Below, one piece after another: positions 25,677 to 34,742 of a stretch of 57,432 bases of DNA. Numbering within the stretch: position 1 is the first letter of the stretch; each line of letters begins with the position of its first letter. The notes below the pieces were generated by a model. The model saw nothing but the letters and a program-made list of their open reading frames with translations. It was not told the DNA's origin and did not search any database. Position numbers and translations under genes: made by a program. This DNA comes from a virus. Lineage: Duplodnaviria > Caudoviricetes. The DNA is taken from positions 1 to 57,432 of the IMG/VR virus record IMGVR_UViG_3300029787_000052; one strand, 5' to 3'.

Positions 25677-25730
25677 ATTATATAGGCCCATCGGCTCCCA
25701 TCGTCAACACATCATTTCAAATTAATTTGA
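25677..25730 (-). promoter_or_regulatory. Early sigma70-like promoter with upstream perfect palindrome
   Basis: TTGACG-N17-TATATAAT (25707-25677); TCAAATTAATTTGA at 25717-25730. Confidence 0.65.
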
Positions 25731-25829
25731 GGGGGTGATTCTCCCGTATCGATGGCCAGCAAATCACACTGACAGAACAGCGGGTGTGAGCTACCATCTG
25801 ATGGTGATCAATCAGCATGAGGTGACGAC

Positions 25830-26327
25830 GTGGCACAGGATGGTTTGAAGGTGGTCGGCGGGACCGAGAGCGGCAAGTCGTCGGGCAAGGGGCGGCGATC
25901 GCTGACGAGTAAGCAACAGGCATTCGCTGATGGGGTGGTGTCGGGACTGAGCCAGAGCGAGGCTTACCGCCGCGCATACTCTGCGGAGGGCATGAAGCCA
26001 TCGGCGGTCCACACTGAGGCAAGCACGTTGGCTGCACACCCTGAGGTATCCCGAAGGATAGATGCTGGATTAGGGGAGAAGGAGAGGGCAGCACAGCGCA
26101 GCGGCCTCTCCCGGAGGGCGATGGTTCTCGAACGGCTGGAGGTGGAGGCAATGACTGCTGAAGCAGATGCCGCTCGTATCAGGGCGCTTGAACTGCTGGG
26201 AAAACATGAACGGTTATTCGTGGACGTGGTGGAAAATCAGGAGGACACTCGCAGCGCAGATGAACTGCGCGGGGAGTTGGAAGACAAGCTTGCCGATCTG
26301 ATCGGTCGAGTCACTGATGACTCGTAG
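25830..26327 (+). CDS. terS: Terminase small subunit
   Basis: LTSKQQAFA....G.SQSEAYRRAY, AS.L...P.V..RI and RIRALELLGKH motifs; GAGGTG RBS with GTG start. Confidence 0.85.
   Translation: MAQDGLKVVGGTESGKSSGKGRRSLTSKQQAFADGVVSGLSQSEAYRRAYSAEGMKPSAVHTEASTLAAHPEVSRRIDAGLGEKERAAQRSGLSRRAMVLERLEVEAMTAEADAARIRALELLGKHERLFVDVVENQEDTRSADELRGELEDKLADLIGRVTDDS
26308..26323. promoter_or_regulatory. 16-bp palindromic element GAGTCACTGATGACTC
   Basis: At the 3' end of terS. Confidence 0.7.
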
Positions 26328-26581
26328 CAGGGCAGTCGGTGGGCTGGCAGCGGGCAGTGGGTCGTCTAGGTCAAAAGACCCCACCCCTAAAAGGCCAACT
26401 GTTCTGACGGCCAGACGCCGAGGGGCCACCCCCTGAGGCGGCTAGGCGTGTCGGCTGGGCCACCATACACGCTGTTTCACTCAAACGATTAGCTGGATTT
26501 GATAGCCCCCCCCATTACCTGTTTCTGTAATGGCCTTGAGTGTGCCCCCACCCTTATACAACTGAAACAAAGGGAGGTAGG

Positions 26582-26744
26582 TTTACAGTGGGCTATGGGT
26601 GTGCTATATAATTCTACAGGAAAGGAGCCTGTTATTAACAGTTGCTATTAACTGTTAAGTTAACTGTTAAGGTTTTAATAGTTAATAGCAATTAACAGCT
26701 AGTAACTGCTAACAGTTGATAACAGGCTACCTAAATATCATAAT
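26582..26744 (+). promoter_or_regulatory. Two sigma70-like promoters around an AT-rich repeat block
   Basis: TTTACA-N17-TATATAAT (26582-26612) and TTGATA-N17-CATAAT (26716-26744). Confidence 0.5.
26626..26728. repeat. AT-rich nested inverted and direct repeats (origin or packaging-site candidate)
   Basis: AGCCTGTTAT/ATAACAGGCT, TTGCTATTAACT/AGTTAATAGCAA, tandem TTAACTGTTAAG x2, many TAAC(A/T)G units. Confidence 0.8.
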
Positions 26745-26767
26745 TCTGAGCATTCGGCAAGGGGCAT

Positions 26768-27259
26768 ATGAGAAAAGAATTTGATTACTACCCCACCCCC
26801 ATTTCGATAGTTGAGCAGATAGGCAGAAGGCTGGACTGGGGGCCGTGTAGTTTCTGGGAGCCGTGCAATGGTGGTGGGCACCTGAGTAATTCTCTGGAGT
26901 ATCTAGGCTACACCCCGATACGCACGGACATTCAACATGGCAAAGACTTCTTTGACTTCGATGGCGCTCTCCATGAGAACCTGATTACCAATCCACCCTT
27001 CAAGTATATCCGTGAGTTTATCGATCATGCGTTTCTGATAGGGGTGAAGCGGATGGTACTGGTGTCGCCGGAAAGGTTGTGGGCTTGTGCCAAGGGGAGG
27101 AAGCAGTTTGTCAAGCACAGGCCGAGTGAGTTTGCCATGATGGACTGGCGCGAGGATTATCTGGGTAAGGGCGGTAAACCGGATCGGGCACTTGCCGTAT
27201 CGGTGTGGCATTCCCCCTGTGCAAGAACGTGTAATTTTGATATATGGACAAGGGTATGA
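26768..27259 (+). CDS. Small amino (N6-adenine-type) DNA methyltransferase
   Basis: DYYPTP, WEPCNGGGHL (SAM binding), TDI..G.DFF, ITNPPF (catalytic). Confidence 0.85.
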   Translation: MRKEFDYYPTPISIVEQIGRRLDWGPCSFWEPCNGGGHLSNSLEYLGYTPIRTDIQHGKDFFDFDGALHENLITNPPFKYIREFIDHAFLIGVKRMVLVSPERLWACAKGRKQFVKHRPSEFAMMDWREDYLGKGGKPDRALAVSVWHSPCARTCNFDIWTRV

Positions 27260-27450
27260 GTATGACTGATCAGGATGACGATCTTCTGATCGGGTTTGAG
27301 AAGGAGTTACTGGAACGTATTCAGGTTCTGGAGGATGCGTTACAGGAGATACTGGATATAGCAAATGTTTCCGATGGAAGGGCGGCTGCGTTCTACGGAA
27401 TGTTAGCAAATCGCGCCCTCAAGGGAGGGAAGATTGAAGGGGAAATTTAA
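27256..27450 (+). CDS. Small coiled-coil hypothetical protein
   Basis: ATGA coupling with the methyltransferase stop. Confidence 0.6.
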   Translation: MSMTDQDDDLLIGFEKELLERIQVLEDALQEILDIANVSDGRAAAFYGMLANRALKGGKIEGEI

Positions 27451-27916
27451 CGCTAAGATAGCGGCAGAGTTTACGCCGCCAAAAACGTGGGTGTTGCAGA
27501 AGCCTTTGTCGTTCAGTTCGCGGCTTATTGCCAAGGACGAGGTTAGCCTCCTGCGTCAGATCGGGGTAAATGTTTCCTCGCACAAGAGCCTTGTTATGGG
27601 AAAGGTGACGTGCGTCGAAGGTATGCAGACTGATCTGGCTTCGGTGCCCCGTATTGTGTGGGCTGTGATATCTCCGTGGGATGTGGCGAGAGCGGCTGTC
27701 ATCCATGATCATCTGTATGCTTCCCTTAGAAAATACTTCCATTCATCCAACCCCAGAAAGTCCACATGGCGGAAGGCGCGGAAGCTTTCGGACAATATCT
27801 TTCTGTGGGGTATGCAGAGTGCGGAACCGCCTGTCCCCGCTTACAAGATGTGGTCAGCTTACTGGTCAGTGCGTTTGTTTGGTCGGTGGCCAGCTTCTGC
27901 CAAGGAAAAGAACTAG
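27434..27916 (+). CDS. DUF1353-like protein
   Basis: TDLASVPR, AAVIHDHLY, D.IF..M and VRLFG motifs. Confidence 0.8.
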   Translation: MKGKFNAKIAAEFTPPKTWVLQKPLSFSSRLIAKDEVSLLRQIGVNVSSHKSLVMGKVTCVEGMQTDLASVPRIVWAVISPWDVARAAVIHDHLYASLRKYFHSSNPRKSTWRKARKLSDNIFLWGMQSAEPPVPAYKMWSAYWSVRLFGRWPASAKEKN

Positions 27917-27919
27917 ACC

Positions 27920-29407
27920 ATGAATTTAGCCGCTGTCGATATTGACAAGATAAGTCATGATGACAGGGTCGAGCTTCTTGCGCTTGTAGACAAAATTAAA
28001 AAAGCAGAGACGCGGGAAAACTGTCAAAGCGAATATATCACTTTCGTTAAGTCTGTGTGGCCAGCGTTTATCGAAGGACGGCACCATGAGATTATGGGCG
28101 AGGCGTTCGAGCGTGTCGCACGGGGTGAACTCAAGCGTCTGATTATCAACATGCCACCCCGTCATACCAAATCTGAGTTTGCAAGTTATCTGCTTCCTGC
28201 TTGGTTTCTAGGGCAGTACCCGGAAAAGAAAGTTATCCAGACCGCACATACCGCCGAACTCGCTACAGGCTTTGGCCGAAAGGTCAGGAACCTTTTTCAG
28301 GATGAGTCCTTCAAGGATATATTTCCAAATGTTTCATTAAGGGCTGACTCAAAAGCAGCCGGTCGGTGGAATACAAACCTTGGCGGCGACTACTTCTCTA
28401 TCGGTGTCGGCGGTGCTGTAACTGGTAAAGGTGCTGACCTCCTGATTATCGATGATCCGCACTCCGAACAGGATGCCCAGCAGGGGGCATATAACGCTGA
28501 CGTGTTTGATCGTGTGTATGAATGGTACACCTCAGGCCCACGCCAGCGTCTCCAGCCCGGAGGAGCCATCGTTATCGTTATGACGCGGTGGCACCAGCGT
28601 GACCTTACGGGCCAGATTATCAAGGCGTCGATTGAGCGGCAGGGTTCTGATGAGTGGGAGCTTATTGAGTTACCCGCAATCATGCCGTCAGGTAGCGCGT
28701 TGTGGCCTGAGTTCTGGCAGCTTGAGGAACTCGAAACCCTTAGGAATGAATTGCCTGTAAGCAAGTGGTCGGCTCAGTATCAGCAAGACCCGACAAGTGA
28801 GCAGGGCGCTATTATCAAAAGGGAATGGTGGCAGGAGTGGGAGCGCGAAGACCCTCCCCCTTGTGATTTTATTATTCAGTCTTGGGACACGGCTTTCCTC
28901 AAAACACAACGAAGCGACTTTTCTGCGTGTACGACATGGGGTGTGTGGTTCAATGAAGAAGCTAACAACCATCACCTGATACTGTTAAATGCATTCCAAG
29001 ACAGGATGGAGTTTCCAGAACTCAAAGCAAAAGCTTATGAGCATTACTGTGACTGGACACCAGACGCATTTATAGTCGAAGGAAAAGCAACAGGAATGCC
29101 TTTGATATTTGAATTAAGGCAAATGGGTATACCAGTAACGGACTTTACGCCGAGTCGCGGTAACGATAAGATTGCACGGGTAAATGCGGTTGCTGACCTT
29201 TTCCATTCTGGAATTGTTTGGGCACCACAGACCCGATGGGCTGAAGAGGTTATAGAGCAGTTTGCTTCATTTCCTTCCGGGTCTAATGATGATCTGGTGG
29301 ACTCCAGCACTCAGGCATTACTGCGTTTCAGGCAGGGTGGGTTTGTCCGCGCTGCCGGTGATGAAGTGGAGCAGGAGCATTGGCGTGACACTGTAGAGTA
29401 TTACTGA
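27920..29407 (+). CDS. terL: Terminase large subunit
   Basis: RLIINMPPRHTKSE, LLIIDDP, MTRW, YQQDP, SWDTA and DDLVDSSTQAL motifs. Confidence 0.95.
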   Translation: MNLAAVDIDKISHDDRVELLALVDKIKKAETRENCQSEYITFVKSVWPAFIEGRHHEIMGEAFERVARGELKRLIINMPPRHTKSEFASYLLPAWFLGQYPEKKVIQTAHTAELATGFGRKVRNLFQDESFKDIFPNVSLRADSKAAGRWNTNLGGDYFSIGVGGAVTGKGADLLIIDDPHSEQDAQQGAYNADVFDRVYEWYTSGPRQRLQPGGAIVIVMTRWHQRDLTGQIIKASIERQGSDEWELIELPAIMPSGSALWPEFWQLEELETLRNELPVSKWSAQYQQDPTSEQGAIIKREWWQEWEREDPPPCDFIIQSWDTAFLKTQRSDFSACTTWGVWFNEEANNHHLILLNAFQDRMEFPELKAKAYEHYCDWTPDAFIVEGKATGMPLIFELRQMGIPVTDFTPSRGNDKIARVNAVADLFHSGIVWAPQTRWAEEVIEQFASFPSGSNDDLVDSSTQALLRFRQGGFVRAAGDEVEQEHWRDTVEYY

Positions 29408-29423
29408 TCGGAAGGACGGGCTA

Positions 29424-31952
29424 ATGGCTATAGAGAAACCCTTGGTGAGTGGACCGTTTCCAGAAGAAACGGAAGAAGTAATCGAGGTTGATACCGAGCA
29501 GGACGAGGCTGACGTATCAATAGGTGTTCTCAATCCTGAGGCTGTTTCGATTGAAACCGAGGACGGCGGCGTGATCATTGAGTTTGATCCGCGCTCTGAA
29601 GACGAAGACCCAGACGCCAGCGCACACAATGCAAACCTTGCCGAGTTCATGGAAGACGGTGACTTGCAACATCTTGCGATGGAGTTGATGGGTCAATATG
29701 AGTCAGACCGTATGTCCCGCAAAGACTGGGAAACAACATACATCAAGGGTCTTGATCTTCTCGGTCTCAAAATCGAAGACAGAACACAGCCGTTTCCCGG
29801 TGCCTGTGGTGTCTTCCATCCCGTGCTGACAGAAAGCATTATTCGCTATCAGGCGCACTCCATGATGGAAACCTTTCCTTCTTCCGGTCCCGTCAAGACG
29901 CAGGTGCTTGGCAACATAGATACGGAAAAAGAAGAACAGGCTCTTCGTGTGCAGAATGAAATGAACTTCCAGATCACGGAAGTCATGACTGACTATCGCA
30001 GCGAGCATGAGCAGCTATTGTTTCATCTGCCGCTCGCGGGATCAGCCTTCAAGAAAATTTATTACGACGTAGATATGGGCAGGGCGTGTGCCGTGTTTGT
30101 ACCAGCGGAAGACTTGGTTGTGGCGTATGGCGCGACTGACCTGAGAAGCTGTCAGCGGTTCACCCATGTAATGAAGAAGACGACCAACGAAGTCAGAAAG
30201 CTACAGGTGGCGGGGTTCTACAGGGATGTTGATCTTCCTGAGCCAAGCCCTGATTACAGCCAGATACAATCTGCCTATGATCGCATTCAGGGTGATGATC
30301 CGTCTGTCGAGTATGATGATCGCTATACCCTTCTTGAAATGCACGTTGACCTTGATCTTGAAGGATACGAAGACGAGAAGGACGGTGAGCCGACAGGGAT
30401 TGCGTGTCCGTATGTTGTGACCATCGATAGCCAGTCTCGCGACATTCTTTCAATTCGCAAGAACTGGAACAAGGGCGACGAGCGCAAGATGCGGCGTATG
30501 CACTTCTCGCACTACAAATTTATGCCGGGACTTGGGTTCTACGGGATTGGACTGACCCACATGATCGGTGGCATGGCAAAGTCTGCCACGTCTATTCTGC
30601 GCCAGCTAGTTGATGCCGGAACCCTGAGCAATCTTCCCGCAGGTCTGAAGACGCGAGGCTTGCGGATTAAGGGTGACGATTCACCGATAGCTCCCGGCGA
30701 GTTTCGTGACGTTGATGTACCCGGAGGCTCGATCCGCGACAACATAAGCTTCATGCCATACAAGGAACCGTCTGGAACTCTTTACCAGTTGCTTGGCACA
30801 ATCGTTGACGAAGCCCGTAAATATGCGGCTGTTCCCGATATGAATATCGGAGAGATGAGCAATCAGGCTCCCGTTGGCTCCACGCTTGCTATCCTTGAAC
30901 GATCCATGAAAGTCATGTCTGCGTGTCAGGCGCGGCTACATGCTTCCTTGCGTAACGAGTTCAAGATACTAGCGGGTGTTATCAAAGACTTCCTTCCCGC
31001 CGTCTATGACTACGAAGTCAATGGAGACGCCAATCGTAAGACGGACTTTGATGACCGCATTGATGTAATTCCTGTTTCGGACCCCAACGCTACGACAATG
31101 GCGCAGCGGATTATGCAGTATCAGGCTGCGCTCCAACTCGCCCAGCAAGCCCCACAAATGTATGACTTGCCCCAGCTTCACAAGCAAATGCTGGAAACTC
31201 TGGGTATCCAGAACGTAGACAAGATTATTCCTGTCGGCGCGGAGGTTATGCCGGAAGACCCTGTCAGCGAAAACATGAACATAATTAACATGAAGCCCGT
31301 CAAGGCTTTCGCTTATCAGGATCATGAAGCACACATCCGTACCCATATGGCAGCTATACAAGACCCGAAGATACTGGCTCTCGTACAGCAGTCGCCTAAC
31401 GCTGCTGCAATACAAGCTGCGCTTGAGGCTCATCTTCGTGAACATCTGGCGTTCCAGTATCGTTCTGAAATTGAAGAGCAGCTTGGTGTCGAGCTTCCCC
31501 CGATTGGAGAGCCGCTGCCACGCGACGTGGAGCAAAGGCTTGCAGGTCTTGTGGCCGCTGCCGCAGAGAAGCTTCTGCAAAAAGATATCGCGGAAGCTCA
31601 GGCCGAAGAAAACCGCAAAAGAATGGAAGACCCCGTTGTTCAGATGCAGCAGGAAGAGCTTCGATTGCAAGCGGCGGATATCGAGCGGAAAGCCAAGGGA
31701 GACCAGATGCGTGTCGAAGCTGACCTTCTCAAAACCCAGACAACGGCAGAGACAGAGCGGATGCGTATTTCATCTCAGGAGAAAACGACGGGCGCTCAGA
31801 TTGGGGCCAAGATTGCAACGGAAAGCATGAAGGCTGCTGTCGATGACAATGAGACCTCGTCTAAGGAGAAGATCGAAGGTGCCAAGCTAGGGGCCAAGAT
31901 TGCTGAAGACATTGTGGAGGCCGCAGGTAATGCCAGCAAAAAAGAAGACTAA
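29424..31952 (+). CDS. Portal protein
   Basis: 842 aa directly after terL; LPLAGSAFKKIYYD, PGLGFYG.GL.H, PYKEPS; coiled-coil C-terminus. Confidence 0.88.
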   Translation: MAIEKPLVSGPFPEETEEVIEVDTEQDEADVSIGVLNPEAVSIETEDGGVIIEFDPRSEDEDPDASAHNANLAEFMEDGDLQHLAMELMGQYESDRMSRKDWETTYIKGLDLLGLKIEDRTQPFPGACGVFHPVLTESIIRYQAHSMMETFPSSGPVKTQVLGNIDTEKEEQALRVQNEMNFQITEVMTDYRSEHEQLLFHLPLAGSAFKKIYYDVDMGRACAVFVPAEDLVVAYGATDLRSCQRFTHVMKKTTNEVRKLQVAGFYRDVDLPEPSPDYSQIQSAYDRIQGDDPSVEYDDRYTLLEMHVDLDLEGYEDEKDGEPTGIACPYVVTIDSQSRDILSIRKNWNKGDERKMRRMHFSHYKFMPGLGFYGIGLTHMIGGMAKSATSILRQLVDAGTLSNLPAGLKTRGLRIKGDDSPIAPGEFRDVDVPGGSIRDNISFMPYKEPSGTLYQLLGTIVDEARKYAAVPDMNIGEMSNQAPVGSTLAILERSMKVMSACQARLHASLRNEFKILAGVIKDFLPAVYDYEVNGDANRKTDFDDRIDVIPVSDPNATTMAQRIMQYQAALQLAQQAPQMYDLPQLHKQMLETLGIQNVDKIIPVGAEVMPEDPVSENMNIINMKPVKAFAYQDHEAHIRTHMAAIQDPKILALVQQSPNAAAIQAALEAHLREHLAFQYRSEIEEQLGVELPPIGEPLPRDVEQRLAGLVAAAAEKLLQKDIAEAQAEENRKRMEDPVVQMQQEELRLQAADIERKAKGDQMRVEADLLKTQTTAETERMRISSQEKTTGAQIGAKIATESMKAAVDDNETSSKEKIEGAKLGAKIAEDIVEAAGNASKKED

Positions 31953-32118
31953 GTCACGAGTTAACGAAGCGGGAAACTACACAAAGCCCACCATGCGTAA
32001 ACGCCTGTTCAATAAGATTAAGGCGGGAGGCAAAGGCGGAAAACCGGGACAGTGGTCGGCAAGAAAGGCCCAGATGCTGGCTTCCCAGTACAAGAAAGCT
32101 GGTGGAGGTTATAAATAA
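31930..32118 (+). CDS. Small basic protein (KPGQWSARKAQ)
   Basis: Lys/Gly-rich; TAATG coupling to the next ORF. Confidence 0.75.
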   Translation: MPAKKKTKSRVNEAGNYTKPTMRKRLFNKIKAGGKGGKPGQWSARKAQMLASQYKKAGGGYK

Positions 32119-32291
32119 TGGCCGTCAAAAAGAAAGCTCCCGGCAAGCTGACCAAGCGTCAGGAAGACACCCTGAAGAAACACGCCGTTCACCACACCAA
32201 AAAACACATGACTGAAATGAGAAAGGTCATGCGAAACGGTGGCACCTTTACCGCAGCGCACAAGCAAGCGATGAAAAAGGTCGGCAAGTAA
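32118..32291 (+). CDS. Small basic His-rich protein (57 aa, not in ORF track)
   Basis: MAVKKKAPGKLTKRQEDTLKKHAVHHTKKHM...AHKQAMKKVGK; TAATG coupling at both ends. Confidence 0.75.
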   Translation: MAVKKKAPGKLTKRQEDTLKKHAVHHTKKHMTEMRKVMRNGGTFTAAHKQAMKKVGK

Positions 32292-32542
32292 TGGCCCTTA
32301 AAAAATCCCAGAAATCCCTGAAGAATTGGACAAAGCAGAAGTGGCGAACCAAGTCTGGCAAGCCGTCCACGCAGGGGAAGAAGGCAACAGGGGAAAGGTA
32401 TCTTCCAGAAAAAGCTATCAAGAAATTAAGCTCCAAGGAATACGCGGCTACCACAAAGGCTAAACGCAAAGGTACAAAGAAAGGTAAGCAGCACGTCGCG
32501 CAACCCAAAAAAATTGCAAAGAAAACAAGGAGGTATCGTTAG
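32291..32542 (+). CDS. Small basic protein (W..QKW.TKSG..GERYLP)
   Basis: Very K/R-rich; translationally coupled. Confidence 0.75.
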   Translation: MALKKSQKSLKNWTKQKWRTKSGKPSTQGKKATGERYLPEKAIKKLSSKEYAATTKAKRKGTKKGKQHVAQPKKIAKKTRRYR

Positions 32543-32742
32543 TGAGTATACAAGGCGACCACATATTGACTCGTCTACAGAAGTTCATGCGAGAACAGAT
32601 GAACGACGGGGCAGACCATCTTGCGTCTGGTGGTGCAAAGGATATGGCTGAGTACAGTCGCATGGTCGGACGCATAGAAGGAATAGCTATGGTAGAGAGG
32701 GAGATGGTTGATCTCTCTAGCAAGCTTCAAGACGATGACTAA
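32542..32742 (+). CDS. Small hypothetical protein
   Basis: GGAGG RBS, GTG start; L..G..D...Y...VG.I.G motif. Confidence 0.7.
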   Translation: MSIQGDHILTRLQKFMREQMNDGADHLASGGAKDMAEYSRMVGRIEGIAMVEREMVDLSSKLQDDD

Positions 32743-32807
32743 ACAGGATACCGCTGTGCCTGTAATAATTCAGCGCGAATCGAGCATTGCTCGCGGAGAC
32801 AGAAAGA

Positions 32808-33212
32808 ATGACGAAGACGTTAGAGAAGGAGCGCCCGTCGCTCAAAGAGGTAGTTGAAGAAGAAACAGCCTCTCAGTTACCCAAGCCCTGTGGCTATAAA
32901 ATACTGATAGCCCTCCCCGAAATCGAAGAAACCACTGAAGGTGGCATCATCAAGCCCGACATAGTCAGGGAGCTTGAAGAGTATTCTACAGTGGTAGGCT
33001 TTGTGCTGAAGTTGGGTCCAGATTGTTACGACCAGACGGCAGATCAGAGCAAGAAGTTCCCTACGGGAGCTTACTGTAAGGAAGGGGACTTTATCCTGTT
33101 CCGTGCTTTTCAGGGAACCCGCATCCGTATCCACGGTAAAGAGTTTCGTCTTATTAACGACGATAATGTTGAAGCTGTTGTGGAAGACCCACGCGGCATT
33201 ACGAGGGCTTAG
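32808..33212 (+). CDS. groES: Co-chaperonin GroES-like
   Basis: PKP.GYKILI, TEGGII mobile loop, V.KLGPD.Y, K.GD.ILF, RLINDDNV.AVV. Confidence 0.88.
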   Translation: MTKTLEKERPSLKEVVEEETASQLPKPCGYKILIALPEIEETTEGGIIKPDIVRELEEYSTVVGFVLKLGPDCYDQTADQSKKFPTGAYCKEGDFILFRAFQGTRIRIHGKEFRLINDDNVEAVVEDPRGITRA

Positions 33213-33214
33213 AG

Positions 33215-34195
33215 ATGGCTGAAGAAAAACCCGAAGTATCGAAAGAACCTCAAGAAGAGCTTTTTGAGATTGAGGTTATTGATGACACCCCGGAAGAAGA
33301 TCGTCCTTTCTTGGACAAGGGCGCTTCTGATGATGAAGACGAAATCAAGGGTGTCGGTCAACGAGCGCAGGACAGGATTGGTCAGCTTAAGCGTGAGTTT
33401 CATGACAAGCGGCGTGAAGCTGAAGCAGCGCAACGTATGCAGACTGAAGCTATCAATGTTGCCCAGACCATACGTCAGGAGAATGAACAGCTTAAGGCTT
33501 TGTTAAAAAGCGGTAATTCGGCTTTGTTCGATGTGACCAAAGCAAAGAACGACGCTGATCTTGCTCAGGCACAGTCAGACTTGACTAAAGCTTATGACGA
33601 AGGAAACGCTGAAGAAATTGTTTCTGCTCAGACACAGCTTAACGAGTTAATGTTTGACGGACGCAAGCTTCAGGAAGCGATTAGTCAGCGAGAGGTTCTT
33701 GCCCAAACCCCGGCCCCTGCCGCTGCCGCACCGCAAAAACCTGATATTACTCTGACAGAGCGGGACGCGGATTGGATAAGGAAAAACCCGTGGTTCCAGA
33801 AAGATCAAAAGCTAACTGCTTATGCAATGGGTTTGCATTATGAGCTTACGCAGCAAAAGGGAGTTCATCCCAATGGTTCAGAGTATTACGAGATGATCGA
33901 TGAGGAAATGCGAAAACATTTCCCTATTGACGAAATTAACAATAACTACCAAAATGGTTCTACAGAAAGTTCTGTTTCTTCTGATGTTCGTGAGTCAACG
34001 GATGCTGAAAGTATTTCAGTAGAAGTTGAATCGGAAGAAACAGTGGCCCCCGTGGTTGCGCCAGCTACTCGTAGCAGTAACAAAAAACCAACGCGAGCCA
34101 AACTCACGAAGACCCAAGTGGACCTCGCTAGAAAGCTTGGGATTACTAACGAACAGTACGCGAAGCAGCTTTTGAAGGAGCAAGCGAATGGCTAA
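33215..34195 (+). CDS. Putative capsid scaffolding protein
   Basis: Acidic N-terminus, coiled coil, W..KNPWF, C-terminal LT..QV.LARKLG....YAK; upstream of the capsid genes. Confidence 0.7.
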   Translation: MAEEKPEVSKEPQEELFEIEVIDDTPEEDRPFLDKGASDDEDEIKGVGQRAQDRIGQLKREFHDKRREAEAAQRMQTEAINVAQTIRQENEQLKALLKSGNSALFDVTKAKNDADLAQAQSDLTKAYDEGNAEEIVSAQTQLNELMFDGRKLQEAISQREVLAQTPAPAAAAPQKPDITLTERDADWIRKNPWFQKDQKLTAYAMGLHYELTQQKGVHPNGSEYYEMIDEEMRKHFPIDEINNNYQNGSTESSVSSDVRESTDAESISVEVESEETVAPVVAPATRSSNKKPTRAKLTKTQVDLARKLGITNEQYAKQLLKEQANG

Positions 34196-34694
34196 AGATA
34201 AAGATGATAGTGAACTGTTCGACGGTGATAAGCGCGAATCGAGAACCGCCGCCAGCTTGGGTGATAGAGAAACCCGCGAGATGAGTGAGCGCGAAAAAAG
34301 CTGGGCACCTCCGTCACTTCTGCCTGAGCCAACTCCTGTAGACGGTTATGTGTATCGATGGATACGCACGGCCACTTTAGGGGAAGCCGACAACACGAAT
34401 GTTTCTCAACGCTTTAGAGAGGGTTGGGAACCTGTTCCTGTTGACGACCATCCTGAAATGCAAGTCCTGACTGACCACAACTCGCGGTTTGAAGGGTCTA
34501 TTGAAGTTGGTGGTTTATTGCTTTGTCGCACCGCTGAAGAAAATATGCGGAAGCGGGATGACTACTATGCAAGCAAAACCAAACAGCAGATTGATGCAGT
34601 TGACCAGAGCTATCTAAGAGAAAGCGACCCACGGATGCCTGTTCTCCGTCCAGAGAACTCGACGCGGGTTGGTTTCGGAAATGGCCGCTCATAG
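34188..34694 (+). CDS. Conserved head-cluster protein
   Basis: W.PP..LP.P, YRWIR, REGWEPV, IEVGGLLLC motifs. Confidence 0.75.
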   Translation: MAKDKDDSELFDGDKRESRTAASLGDRETREMSEREKSWAPPSLLPEPTPVDGYVYRWIRTATLGEADNTNVSQRFREGWEPVPVDDHPEMQVLTDHNSRFEGSIEVGGLLLCRTAEENMRKRDDYYASKTKQQIDAVDQSYLRESDPRMPVLRPENSTRVGFGNGRS

Positions 34695-34714
34695 TAAGTC
34701 CTATGGGTTTTTTT
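34688..34714 (+). terminator. Rho-independent terminator (weak)
   Basis: CTCATAG-taagtc-CTATGGG followed by a T-run. Confidence 0.5.
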
Positions 34715-34742
34715 CAACTGAAGATGCGAAAAGGAGACAGAA

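Noticed and set aside
21980-25685. Long plus-strand ORFs (21980-22780, 25044-25685 and others)
   Set aside because: Antisense shadows of GC-rich minus-strand genes, without RBS or recognisable motifs.
26635-26695. CtrA boxes (TTAA-N7-TTAA) in the AT-rich block
   Set aside because: Many TTAA half-sites, but none at the required spacing.
30969-31670. 233-aa minus-strand ORF
   Set aside because: Antisense to the portal gene, with no protein-like features.
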